A DNA stretch of 64,000 bases from Escherichia coli (GTDB lineage Bacteria; Pseudomonadota; Gammaproteobacteria; Enterobacterales; Enterobacteriaceae): assembly GCF_041886205.1 (NCBI RefSeq), contig NZ_CP169029.1; one strand, 5' to 3'. The notes under the pieces are model-generated. The model was not told the origin of the DNA, searched no databases, and saw only the letters and a program-made list of their open reading frames with translations. Positions 12,165-22,054 of the stretch are shown one piece after another. Within the stretch, counting starts at the first letter, position 1. Each line of letters starts with the position of its first letter. A program made the translations under genes and the position numbers.

Positions 12165-13132
12165 AGCAGACTCCGGTTCTGATGCTGACTCCACGCCGTG
12201 GCACTAATGCTGGCAACGATGATGATGCCGGTGATCAATGTTTGCCAGTAAGACGAGACTCCCAATAAATTTAGCCCGTTTTGCATCACTGCCAACAACA
12301 CCACGCCGAGCAAAGTACCGGTTAACGTGCCGCGCCCGCCGAGCAAACTAGTGCCGCCAAGCACCACCGCAGCCAGTACTGTCAGCTCATAACCCAGAAG
12401 AGAATCGGGGGCGACAGTCATCACCGTCCACGACTGCACTACACCCGCAGCGCCAGACATCAATCCCATATAGCCATAGACGAAAAGTTGCAGTTTCAGC
12501 ACGCTAAAGCCGATGCGACTGGCTGATTCGCGGTTCCCGCCAAGGGCATAAATTTTGCGCCCTACACTGGTGAAATTCATGATAAACGCTGTTAGCAGCA
12601 CCACCGTAATCATGGCGATCAGCGGCAGACCAAGGCCATAGTCATAGCCATCAGCATCGGTATACTTGAACAACATAACCCCCTGCTCAAACCACGGCGG
12701 AAAGTCGTACAGCCACACACCTTTACTCAACCATAACAGCAGGCCATAGAAAATATTCAGCGTCGAGATAGTGATGATGATAGAAGGCACCCGTAGGCGA
12801 TTAACCAGTAAGGCGTTAATTAAGCCAAGTAAAATGCCGATGCAGCCCGCCAGTGCAAACGCGACAGCGAAGTTGCCACCAATTTTTTGCAGCAACAGCA
12901 CCATGCCGTATTGCGCAATGATGGTCATTGCTGGAAACGAAATATCAATTCCACCGGAAATCAACACCACAAACAAACCACAGGCGAGAATAGTCAACAT
13001 GGCATAGTTATTGGCGAGATCGTACAAATTACCGAATGTCAGAAACTCGTCGCTGCGCCAGGCAAGGCCAACAAACATCACCACAATCAGTAATGCCAGC
13101 CAGAATTCATGGCGTTTTTTCAGTTCAGCCAT
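12161..13132 (-). CDS. sugar ABC transporter permease (first membrane subunit)
   Basis: 323-aa hydrophobic ORF, RbsC/LsrC-like; overlaps ATPase gene 3' end. Confidence 0.85.
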   Translation of the reverse strand: MAELKKRHEFWLALLIVVMFVGLAWRSDEFLTFGNLYDLANNYAMLTILACGLFVVLISGGIDISFPAMTIIAQYGMVLLLQKIGGNFAVAFALAGCIGILLGLINALLVNRLRVPSIIITISTLNIFYGLLLWLSKGVWLYDFPPWFEQGVMLFKYTDADGYDYGLGLPLIAMITVVLLTAFIMNFTSVGRKIYALGGNRESASRIGFSVLKLQLFVYGYMGLMSGAAGVVQSWTVMTVAPDSLLGYELTVLAAVVLGGTSLLGGRGTLTGTLLGVVLLAVMQNGLNLLGVSSYWQTLITGIIIVASISATAWSQHQNRSLL

Positions 13133-14624
13133 TTACCACCTCCGCAATCCTGGCCTGAGAACTGCTGTCAGGCAGGAAGCTATGGGTGATCTGACCTTTT
13201 TGCATTACCAAAATCCGGTGGCTTTGATACCACGCTTCTTCAATTTCATCGCAGATCATCAATACCGCAATGCCATGAGCCGCCAGATCGCTGATAATGC
13301 CGTATATTCCTGCTTTGTTGGCGATATCAACACCGACTGTCGGGCTATCGAGAATCAACAGTCGTGGCCCAATCGCCAGCCATTTGGCGATCGATACTCG
13401 CTGCGCGTTACCACCAGAAAGCGTATTCACCGGAAGATGAGGATCAGAGACTTTGATGGTCAATGCCTTGATTAGCCTGTCCACCAGGTCACGCACTTTA
13501 GTTTCACTCAGAAAGCCGAAGCGATCTTTTACCTTGTGAAAAACAGTGCTAATGATGTTGTCTTCAATAGATTGCGCCATCACCAAACCGCGCGACATGC
13601 GATCTTCCGAAACATAACCAATACCGTGGCGGATGGCGTCCTGGTTACTATGCAGTGTAACCGGCTGGCCGTTGATGAGGATCTCGCCAGCATCCGGTCG
13701 GGTCATACCAAACAGACTCAGACATAATTCCGTGCGCCCCGCACCAAGCAGGCCAACAATCGATACCACTTCGCCCGCTTCCACCCGCAAGTTAATATTT
13801 AGATATTCCCCATGACGACTTAAATTACGCACCTCCAGCACCGGGGTGCTGGATTTTCCCTGCCACAACTCTCGCACCTGATATTCAAACTCCTGGCCGG
13901 TCATCAGGAAACCGAGTTGTTTTGTGGTCATCTCTGCAGCCGGAAAAGTCCCGACCAGCTCACCATCTTTCAGCACTGAAATACGGTCGGAAACTTCCAT
14001 CACTTCTTCCAGACGATGACTGACGAAGACCACGCAGATCCCGCGTTCACGCAATTGATGCACCACCTGTAATAACCCTTGCACTTCCTGATGGGTCAGC
14101 GAAGCGGTTGGTTCATCCATCACGATCAACCGTGCGTCCTGCGCCAGTGCACGGCAAATTGCCACCAGCTGACAGCGGGCAATTGAAAGCTCAGAAACGA
14201 GCGTATCCAGTGGCAATGTGACGTTAATACTAGTCATTGCCGCCTGCGCCACCTCACGCAGACGACGGCGGTTAACAAACAGACCGTGGTGATAGTGATT
14301 CACGGCGATATTCTCCCAGACACTCAGGTTAGGAAATAAAGAGAGGTCCTGATAAATCACCTGAATCCCCTGCGCCACCGAAGCGGCTGGTGTCAGCTTT
14401 GACCAGTTTTTCCCACCAAGCGTAATTTCCGCTCCCTCATCCGGGCGATAAACACCGGACATAATTTTAATCAACGTCGATTTACCACAGCCGTTTTGTC
14501 CGGCAAGGCAGTGCACTTCACCCGACATAAAGTCGAGAGAAACATCGCGCAGCGCTCGCGTGGCATGAAACGTTTTGTTGATATGACGAAGGGAAAGGAA
14601 GGTTTCCATAACATCCCCTGGCAA
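13125..14624 (-). CDS. sugar ABC transporter ATP-binding protein (duplicated ABC domains)
   Basis: 499-aa ORF with two Walker A motifs (GQNGCGKST, GLLGAGRTE) and two LSGG-type signatures, as in CUT2-family ATPases. Confidence 0.9.
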   Translation of the reverse strand: MPGDVMETFLSLRHINKTFHATRALRDVSLDFMSGEVHCLAGQNGCGKSTLIKIMSGVYRPDEGAEITLGGKNWSKLTPAASVAQGIQVIYQDLSLFPNLSVWENIAVNHYHHGLFVNRRRLREVAQAAMTSINVTLPLDTLVSELSIARCQLVAICRALAQDARLIVMDEPTASLTHQEVQGLLQVVHQLRERGICVVFVSHRLEEVMEVSDRISVLKDGELVGTFPAAEMTTKQLGFLMTGQEFEYQVRELWQGKSSTPVLEVRNLSRHGEYLNINLRVEAGEVVSIVGLLGAGRTELCLSLFGMTRPDAGEILINGQPVTLHSNQDAIRHGIGYVSEDRMSRGLVMAQSIEDNIISTVFHKVKDRFGFLSETKVRDLVDRLIKALTIKVSDPHLPVNTLSGGNAQRVSIAKWLAIGPRLLILDSPTVGVDIANKAGIYGIISDLAAHGIAVLMICDEIEEAWYQSHRILVMQKGQITHSFLPDSSSQARIAEVVNG

Positions 14625-14657
14625 TAAGAATCGGGGCTTTCGCCCCGAAGAAATGGA

Positions 14658-15644
14658 TTAATAAAGTGAGTCGATATTGTCTTTGTTGACCAGTAATACC
14701 TTATGGAAACGGATAATTCGCTTATCCATATCTACGTCGGCCTTACCCAGATTCTGCATTTCTAATCCAGGTTTGATCTCTTCACCCTTCAGCAACGTGC
14801 TGGCGACGGCTGCGAGTGCGTAACCTGCAGAGGCCGGATCGTAAGTAATCCCTTCGGTGATATCACCACTTTTAATCAGTGATGCCGCCTGTGAAGGGAT
14901 CATCATGCCATAGACTGCGACTTTATTTTTCGCCCGTTTCTCTTTCACCGCACGTCCCGCGCCAATCGGACCGTTTGAACCAAAGGAGACAACCGCTTTC
15001 AAGTCAGGATAGGTTTTCATCAGGTCCAGTGTGGTACGACGTGAGTCATCCACACTCTCGGCAACCGGCATGCGGCGGGTAACTTCATGCATATCCGGGT
15101 AATGCTCTTTCTGGTATTTCACCAGCAAGTCAGCCCATAAGTTATGCTGCGGCACGGTCAAACTACCCACGTAAATCACATAGCCGCCCTTGCCCCCCAT
15201 GCGTTTCGCCATATGCTCAACATATTCAGCGGCAAATTTTTCGTTATCAATGATTTCGATATCCCAGTTAGCACTTGGCTGACCGGGGGATTCGTTGGTC
15301 AGAACCACAATTCCGGCATCTCGCGCTTTTTTGAATACCGGTTCCAGCACGTTGGCATCGTTTGGCACGATAGTAATTGCATTAACCTTACGGGCGATTA
15401 AATCCTCAATAATTTTAACTTGTTGCGGAGCATCAGTACTTGAAGGCCCCACCTGTGAGGCATTAACACCAAAGGCTTTACCCGCCTCAACCACACCTTC
15501 GCCCATGCGATTAAACCACGGCATACCATCGACTTTAGAAATATTCACCACGATTTTTTCCGCTGCCTGGAGCGGCGCAGAAATTAGCGCAGCGCCTAAT
15601 AACAGCGAAGACACCATATTGATAACAAAACGTTTATTCATCAT
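14658..15644 (-). CDS. periplasmic sugar-binding protein, LsrB-like
   Basis: 328-aa ORF with signal peptide; C-terminal ...HKVLLVNKDNIDSLY and internal TYPDLKAVV resemble what I recall of LsrB (from memory). Confidence 0.8.
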   Translation of the reverse strand: MMNKRFVINMVSSLLLGAALISAPLQAAEKIVVNISKVDGMPWFNRMGEGVVEAGKAFGVNASQVGPSSTDAPQQVKIIEDLIARKVNAITIVPNDANVLEPVFKKARDAGIVVLTNESPGQPSANWDIEIIDNEKFAAEYVEHMAKRMGGKGGYVIYVGSLTVPQHNLWADLLVKYQKEHYPDMHEVTRRMPVAESVDDSRRTTLDLMKTYPDLKAVVSFGSNGPIGAGRAVKEKRAKNKVAVYGMMIPSQAASLIKSGDITEGITYDPASAGYALAAVASTLLKGEEIKPGLEMQNLGKADVDMDKRIIRFHKVLLVNKDNIDSLY

Positions 15645-15876
15645 TTCAGCCTCATTGCAGGGTAGTCAGGAAGTGTTCGCCCAAATTAGCGCGCTGGAGA
15701 GAATAAGAATTTTCGAATATTTTTATGCAGAATAAACAGCTCTATTTCAGGCAGCTATTAAAAATATGGTTATAAATATGGACAAAACGGGCAGCAATAA
15801 TAAGTGTGACATTCATCACGTAAAAAACAGCAAAATAAACAAAATTAGCGATATTTTATGTTTGTGAGCTTATTTC

Positions 15877-15900
15877 GTGTAGATAAATAGTTATCTACAC
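15877..15900. promoter_or_regulatory. perfect 10-4-10 palindrome GTGTAGATAA-ATAG-TTATCTACAC (candidate operator or hairpin)
   Basis: Perfect inverted repeat overlapping the ASCH-gene stop codon and lying in the region upstream of the ABC transporter operon. Confidence 0.35.
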
Positions 15901-16305
15901 AACGTCAATAAGGGCATATTCTTCAAAGATAACGTCCATTTCTGGTGAATAGCTTCCTTCTGCCTGGAAAAAACGACGGTGTTCATTACGCCAATATTCA
16001 AGACTGAGGTCACCTTCACCTTCCTTACGGGCAAGCTCCGCGGTGACATCAGAAAAGCGCAGTAAATGCAGGCCAATCACTCTGATAACACATACAGGCT
16101 CACCACAGCTATTTTCTACAATCTTATACTCACCAATCATCGGAAATGCGTTGTCTTCAATACATCCCGCCAGCGAACCACAGGAAGCTGTTTTAACACC
16201 AGTCGCAATCAACGTTGCGAGGTGATCGGCCAACGCGGCTGAATCGCCAAAAGTACAAAAGGAAGCATGGGGATATTTTTGTGAGAATTTTTCTTTTATG
16301 GTCAT
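15895..16305 (-). CDS. ASCH-domain-like (PUA-fold) protein
   Basis: Track ORF 15895..16335 begins at TTG; start placed at ATG 16305 (MTIKEKFSQKYPHASFCTFGD...); ASCH call by eye. Confidence 0.6.
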   Translation of the reverse strand: MTIKEKFSQKYPHASFCTFGDSAALADHLATLIATGVKTASCGSLAGCIEDNAFPMIGEYKIVENSCGEPVCVIRVIGLHLLRFSDVTAELARKEGEGDLSLEYWRNEHRRFFQAEGSYSPEMDVIFEEYALIDVV

Positions 16306-16603
16306 GGAAATATTTTTGCGATTACGGAAAAACAAATCACATCTTAATTACTGTTGGTAACCATCAGCAAGAGTATCATTGGTTTTTCGATACTGAATCT
16401 TTTTTATCCGAAGCAGGTCACATTTATGGCCTGATAAATACCTTTGTTAAAACTCACTTTTGTGTATTTCTCTCAAATAATCCCCTGGAAATTATGCCGG
16501 GAGATTATAAAGTTCAGGATCATTCATTAGCAAACCATTCCCGCCCCACTCCCTGGGGCTTAAATCTCTTACCGTTCACCGTTGCAGACATATCAAATGC
16601 GCA

Positions 16604-17986
16604 TCAACCTGCCACACTCCCCCACACCAGTTGCCCTTTATGGAACGTTGCGGTTCTCGGCGAGATACGCGCCACCGCCTCGGCGGAACAGGAGGCGTCC
16701 ACCAGCACAAAGCTGGCGTCATCCTGCGCTTTTGGCCATACACGCTCGCCTTTTTCATTCAGCGGCAATACATCGCCAGTGGCTAAAAACAGCGAACGGG
16801 AGAGGTTCTGTTCGTTAGGACGAATATAGAGCTGCGCGTAGAGATTGGCTTTTTCCAGCATGCCGCCCAGACCATAAGGCGACCAGTGGTCGATAACGCT
16901 GTCAGTGCCAGTCATCACTTTTACGCCTTTGTCGTGCAGCTGTTTGAGCGGCATATGCAGCGTGCCAATCGGCACCGTCGAGGCGATAGAAATTTGCTGC
17001 GCCGCCATCCGGTGCGCCAGCGCATCGACCTGTTGTTCGTTGAGCGTTGCCAGCGCAAAGGCGTGGCTGATGGTCAGCTTACCTTTCAGTTGTGGCGTTT
17101 TCTCCACTGTTTCAACCATATAATTGATGGCCGCCACGCCCGCCGGAGTGGTTTCGTGCAGGTGAATATCGACGCCTTTGTCGTAGTCCAGCGCAATCTG
17201 AAACATGGTGTCGAGGGATTTTTCCATCGCGCCATCGACACTGGTCGGGTCCAGACCGCCGACGTAATGCGCGCCCGCCTGCATTGCTTCACGCATTAAG
17301 GGTTCCGATTTCGACAGCAGCAAACCGTGCTGCGGGAAGGCGACGATTTCACACTCGAAGCCCGCCTGACGCCGCGCCAGCACCGCCTGCAAATTTTGCA
17401 GATTTTTCAGGCCGGAAACCGGTTCGATATTGCAGTGGCTGCGGGCAATGGTGGTGCCTTTCGACTGCAATAGTTCGATCAGTTTTTCCGCCCGCTCCTG
17501 CGTGTACGGTTGTAACTCCGGCAGCATTTTCTGCTCGAGTTTGATCATGTCCTGGATGGTGGTGCCTGCCGGGCGATTGAGCGAGCGCCACGGCCCGCCG
17601 TAGAAGGTTTTGTCGAGATGAATATGCATGTCGCGAGTGGTGGGCAGCATCAGCTTACCGCCAGCATCATAGTGCGGTAGCGTGGCGTCCGGATGCTGCT
17701 TGTTCTCGCGCAGAGCAACAATTTTGCCGCTCTGAATCTCTACGGTCTGGTGCGCCGTGCGGGTCTGTACCGCCACACCGTTTTCGTAATCAAATCCGGT
17801 TTCCAGCAGCACGTTGTCGAGATAGTAGTGCGGGTCAGTGATTTTCATGGTGTTATTTGCCTCGCAGTGGGTTGTGCCAGAGACTGCCGCATGGGCGAGC
17901 GGCACAGAGGTACCAAACAGCGCGGCGGCAGTGACCATCTTACCGCTCTGGCTCAGAAACTCACGGCGGCTATTGTTTTCTTTCAT
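16604..17986 (-). CDS. yahJ: amidohydrolase-family deaminase with twin-arginine (Tat) signal
   Basis: 460-aa ORF; N-terminal SRREFLS...AHA Tat-type signal; metal-dependent hydrolase-like. Confidence 0.88.
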   Translation of the reverse strand: MKENNSRREFLSQSGKMVTAAALFGTSVPLAHAAVSGTTHCEANNTMKITDPHYYLDNVLLETGFDYENGVAVQTRTAHQTVEIQSGKIVALRENKQHPDATLPHYDAGGKLMLPTTRDMHIHLDKTFYGGPWRSLNRPAGTTIQDMIKLEQKMLPELQPYTQERAEKLIELLQSKGTTIARSHCNIEPVSGLKNLQNLQAVLARRQAGFECEIVAFPQHGLLLSKSEPLMREAMQAGAHYVGGLDPTSVDGAMEKSLDTMFQIALDYDKGVDIHLHETTPAGVAAINYMVETVEKTPQLKGKLTISHAFALATLNEQQVDALAHRMAAQQISIASTVPIGTLHMPLKQLHDKGVKVMTGTDSVIDHWSPYGLGGMLEKANLYAQLYIRPNEQNLSRSLFLATGDVLPLNEKGERVWPKAQDDASFVLVDASCSAEAVARISPRTATFHKGQLVWGSVAG

Positions 17987-17995
17987 CTTACGTCC

Positions 17996-18946
17996 TTACG
18001 TTTTAATAATATGAGTGCCCGTTTCGCCACGCAGCGCCGCTGGCAGGCATTCCGGCGTGGTGATAATCACTTCTTTACCGCCCTGTTCCAGGAACGTCAG
18101 GCTGGCGATGATTTTTGGCAACATGCTGCCGGGCGGGAAATGTCCTTCCTGCATATAGCGAGTCATGGTGGCAATATCCACCCGATCCAGCGCCTGCTGC
18201 TCGAGTTTGCCAAAGTGAATACACACTTTTTCGACGCCGGTGGTGATCACCAGAATGTCGGCGTGAATTTCACGGGCCAGCAGCGCGGTAGAGAGATCTT
18301 TGTCGATAACCGCGTCCACGCTTTGGTAATCCCCCGCTTCAGTACGCACTACCGGAATTCCGCCGCCGCCCGCGCCAATTACGACAAAACCTTGTTGGAT
18401 CAGCGCCTTAATGGCAGGTGCCTCGACAATACGTTTCGGTTCCGGCGAGGCGACCACGCGGCGATAGCCCCGCCCGGCATCTTCAACAAAACACCAGTCA
18501 GGGTTTGCCTTTTGTAGTTCGTCACGCTGACTTTCACTAAAGAATGCGCCGATGGGCTTGGTGGGATGAGCAAAACCCGGATCGTTTATATCCACTTCCA
18601 CCTGAGTCACCACGGTGACGGCTTTTTTCTCGCCGTGACGCGCCAGTCGGTTGTTCAGCGCCTGTTGGATCAGATAGCCAATGCCGCCTTGCGTATCCGC
18701 TACACAGTTCGCCAGCGGCGTTAATGGCAGCCCTTCGCGCTCGTGGGCAATCTCCGCACGGCGTAAATCCAGCCCGACCTGCGGCCCGTTGCCGTGGGTC
18801 AGCACAATGTCGTAATCGGAAGCCAGCATTTCCAGCAGCGTATCGGCGACGGCTTTCACCGCCTCCGCCTGATGCTCAATCGACTGGCTGGCGTTATTTT
18901 TGATAATGCTGTTGCCACCAATGGCAACGACCACAAGCTCTTTCAT
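17996..18946 (-). CDS. yahI: carbamate kinase-like protein
   Basis: 316-aa ORF MKELVVVAIGGNSII...; amino-acid kinase fold. Confidence 0.9.
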   Translation of the reverse strand: MKELVVVAIGGNSIIKNNASQSIEHQAEAVKAVADTLLEMLASDYDIVLTHGNGPQVGLDLRRAEIAHEREGLPLTPLANCVADTQGGIGYLIQQALNNRLARHGEKKAVTVVTQVEVDINDPGFAHPTKPIGAFFSESQRDELQKANPDWCFVEDAGRGYRRVVASPEPKRIVEAPAIKALIQQGFVVIGAGGGGIPVVRTEAGDYQSVDAVIDKDLSTALLAREIHADILVITTGVEKVCIHFGKLEQQALDRVDIATMTRYMQEGHFPPGSMLPKIIASLTFLEQGGKEVIITTPECLPAALRGETGTHIIKT

Positions 18947-18996
18947 GTTGTTATGTCCGCTACAGAGGGTGATGAGGTTATGACCAACGCCAGACT

Positions 18997-19075
18997 GCCT
19001 GATGCGCTACGCTTATCAGGCCTACAATTCTCGGGCCATTCGTAGGCCGGATAAGGCGTTCACGCCGCATCCGGC
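18997..19075. repeat. REP-like elements between yahI and yahG
   Basis: gcctgatgcgctacgcttatcaggcctac and gtaggccggataaggcgttcacgccgcatccggc. Confidence 0.55.
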
Positions 19076-19088
19076 ATAAACATGTAAG

Positions 19089-20507
19089 TCAGACGCCGTA
19101 ACGTTCGCACCAGCCGAGAATGGCTTTCTCGAAGCAGGCGAATGGTGGATGCACAATGCCCGCGCCAATCATGCCGACGCCCGCATCTTTATGGGCGATG
19201 GCGGTGTTGATCACCGGCAGAATGCCGCTGCTACCCACGCGGGTGATGTCGATTGCCGACGGCACGCCCATAAAACCGAGCAGCGGAATGGTGACGTTGG
19301 GGTTTTCACCGAGGGTGATTTCGCGCATCTGACGAGAGAAATCGATAGCCTCTTCCACCGTACCGCCCACCAGCGCGACGATAGCGGGCGCGGTCGCCAT
19401 AGCAAATCCGCCAATACCGTAGGTTTCGGTGATGGCGCTGTCGCCGATATCCAGCCCTGAATCTTCCGGCTTATAACCGGCAAACATCGGGCCGATCACC
19501 TGTTGCGCCGGGCCGGTAAACCATTGCCCCGGCAGGCCGCTGACCCGCAGGCCGAACTCGACGCCGTTACGCGCCATGGTGGTGACCACGGTGCTGTATT
19601 CGATGCCGTGCGCCGCATCCATCGCCGCTTTACACATCGCCATCCACGTCGGGCCGGAGAAGTAGTCGCTGCTGGCGACAAACTCGAACACTTCGCGCTG
19701 TTGCTCGACGGAATAGCCTGCCTGAATGATCCCCGGCGTCAGTGCCTGAATCAGCAGCGTCGTCCCGGCGTTATTGCGGTTATGGCACTCATCGCCCATA
19801 TGCAGCGCCTGCGCCAGCATTAAGCGCAGATCGATTTCGCCGATAATTTTCATCGCGTCGCGCAGCATTGGCCCCTGCACATCGCGCATCCAGTTGAGGC
19901 GGTCGATCACGCTCTGATCGTTGGCACCCATACGCAAAATCTTCGCCATCTGCTCGCTCATATTGGTGTAAGCGATGTTGCCGTAGGTTTTGTTTTTCAC
20001 GATGTGCATAAACATCGAGGCCGAGGTAACGCCCGCCATCGATCCCACACAGTCGTGTTCGTGGCACGGCGAGAAGGTGATCTCCCCGGAGGCCGCCAGT
20101 TCAGCCGCCTCGTCGAGATCTTTCGCCAGTCCTTCGAACACCAGCGCTCCGGTGACCGCGCCTTTCATCGCGCCGCACATTTTTTCCCAGGTGATCGGCG
20201 GCCCGGCGTGAAGAATGGTTTTCGGCGTCATGCCCGGCACCACGTTAATCGCCTGATCAAAACCAATCAGCACCGGATGCGACTGGATAATGCGCTCCAG
20301 CGCCTGCTGGTTAGCGGCGGCGATTTTGTCTGCCAGCGGCGAATCGGCAATGTTATCCAGCGCCTGCACCACCTGCATATTGCCCTGCCCCGGCGGCGTC
20401 CAGTCGAGTTGAGTCACTTCTACATGCTGCTTTTTCAGGTCATCGCTAAACATGGCGATGCCGACGTTAATAACGTTCAATGGTTGGCTAAACAGTGACT
20501 GGCTCAT
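19089..20507 (-). CDS. yahG: DUF1116-family protein
   Basis: 472-aa ORF; 1-nt overlap with yahF; synteny. Confidence 0.88.
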   Translation of the reverse strand: MSQSLFSQPLNVINVGIAMFSDDLKKQHVEVTQLDWTPPGQGNMQVVQALDNIADSPLADKIAAANQQALERIIQSHPVLIGFDQAINVVPGMTPKTILHAGPPITWEKMCGAMKGAVTGALVFEGLAKDLDEAAELAASGEITFSPCHEHDCVGSMAGVTSASMFMHIVKNKTYGNIAYTNMSEQMAKILRMGANDQSVIDRLNWMRDVQGPMLRDAMKIIGEIDLRLMLAQALHMGDECHNRNNAGTTLLIQALTPGIIQAGYSVEQQREVFEFVASSDYFSGPTWMAMCKAAMDAAHGIEYSTVVTTMARNGVEFGLRVSGLPGQWFTGPAQQVIGPMFAGYKPEDSGLDIGDSAITETYGIGGFAMATAPAIVALVGGTVEEAIDFSRQMREITLGENPNVTIPLLGFMGVPSAIDITRVGSSGILPVINTAIAHKDAGVGMIGAGIVHPPFACFEKAILGWCERYGV

Positions 20508-22054
20508 CAGGCTTCCTCCCCTTTGCAGATAAATTCACGCGCCAGCAATCCGGTATTGGTGCTGCTGCTCGCCAGAATCACTCCGGCATCAAGCAGCATC
20601 TGGCTTTGTTGTTCTAATGATGGCGTATCGAGATCGGTGCCCAGCACATAGGCGAGAATGATCAACTCGCGTCCTTCGGCAGCGGCGATCGCTTTCGCTT
20701 CTTTGATCGCCTCGATGGTGGAGCCGACCGGATCTTCATGCGATCCAAATCCGAGCACAAAATCCATCACGATCACCGCCACTTCTGGATCGCGCGCTTC
20801 TTCGATCAAGCGACTGATGCGGTTGGTAGGATCAATCATTGGATGCGGCTTGCCGTTGGTGAAGTCGTCATCGCCAAAGTCGAGGAAGGTGTGTTTGATG
20901 CTGCGGTTGATATCTTGCAGGCGGAATTCCGGATCGGGCTGAATGTTGCTGTAGACATCGCCATGTTTTTCCATCACCGCGAACATGGTTTCGTCACACA
21001 GCGTGCCGCCGCAGAACAGGCCACGAATGTATTTCTGCTGCGGTTGCAGACGCGCACGCACATCCGCAATTAACGGCTGGTTCAGCGTATGCAACTCGAG
21101 ATGTTCTTGTTTCACGCCGGAGAGCATCACCGCTTTTAGCGCCGCCTCTTTGGTGCCGCGGGCAAACTGTAGCCCCTGCTCATCCACTGGCGTTTCGCCA
21201 CGACCAAGGAAGCAGACCACCACCGGCTTGCGGCAGGCACGTGCGCGTTCCAGCACTTTGCGGGCCACCGCAGGCGCGGGAGGTTTTGAAATCAGCGCGA
21301 TAATTTCAGTTTGCGGATCGTTTTCCAGCATCCCGATGGCGTCGAGCATCATCAGGCCGCCGATTTTCTCGCTCAGGTCGCGCCCGCCGGTGCCAATCAG
21401 TTGTGAAACACCGCCACCAAATTCATGAATGCGGACGCTCAGCTCCTGGCTGCCGGTGCCGGATGCGCCAACAATACCGATATTGCCGCGACGCACGGCG
21501 TTACCAAAACAGAGCGCCGCGCCGTTAATAATCGCCGTGCCGCAGTCCGGCCCCATCATCAGCAGCCCTTTTTCGTGGGCCAACTGCTTGAGCGCCAGTT
21601 CATCTTCAACTGAGACGTTATCGGAAAACAGAATCACGTTGAGATCGTTTTGCAGCGCCTGACGCGCTTCGCGAGCGGCAAACAGACCGTTGACCGAAAT
21701 CACCGCCAGGTTACTTTCCGGGATATGCTTTTTGGCGCTGGCAATAGTGGCGTAACGCGCCTCGTGCGAGCCGCTTTGCGCTTTGCTATTGAACAGTTCT
21801 TCAATCTCCACCAGCAACTGCTCATTGTCCGCACCCGATTTACCATTGATGACAATCATCAGATCGCCGTTTTTCGCCTGCTCCAGCTCCGGCGTCAGCA
21901 GTCCTAAATTTTTCAGTACACCTTTGTTCATTTCGGTCGCCATCGCCACAAATGCCTGCTCGACGCCGTCGAGTTTATTTGCACGCGTGGAGATAGACAT
22001 CAGCGAGACAGAATCAAAATAGGTATTCGGTTTAATGACTATTTTAACTGACAT
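20507..22054 (-). CDS. yahF: FdrA-like CoA-binding protein (succinyl-CoA synthetase alpha-like)
   Basis: 515-aa ORF; overlaps yahE and yahG (translational coupling). Confidence 0.88.
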   Translation of the reverse strand: MSVKIVIKPNTYFDSVSLMSISTRANKLDGVEQAFVAMATEMNKGVLKNLGLLTPELEQAKNGDLMIVINGKSGADNEQLLVEIEELFNSKAQSGSHEARYATIASAKKHIPESNLAVISVNGLFAAREARQALQNDLNVILFSDNVSVEDELALKQLAHEKGLLMMGPDCGTAIINGAALCFGNAVRRGNIGIVGASGTGSQELSVRIHEFGGGVSQLIGTGGRDLSEKIGGLMMLDAIGMLENDPQTEIIALISKPPAPAVARKVLERARACRKPVVVCFLGRGETPVDEQGLQFARGTKEAALKAVMLSGVKQEHLELHTLNQPLIADVRARLQPQQKYIRGLFCGGTLCDETMFAVMEKHGDVYSNIQPDPEFRLQDINRSIKHTFLDFGDDDFTNGKPHPMIDPTNRISRLIEEARDPEVAVIVMDFVLGFGSHEDPVGSTIEAIKEAKAIAAAEGRELIILAYVLGTDLDTPSLEQQSQMLLDAGVILASSSTNTGLLAREFICKGEEA

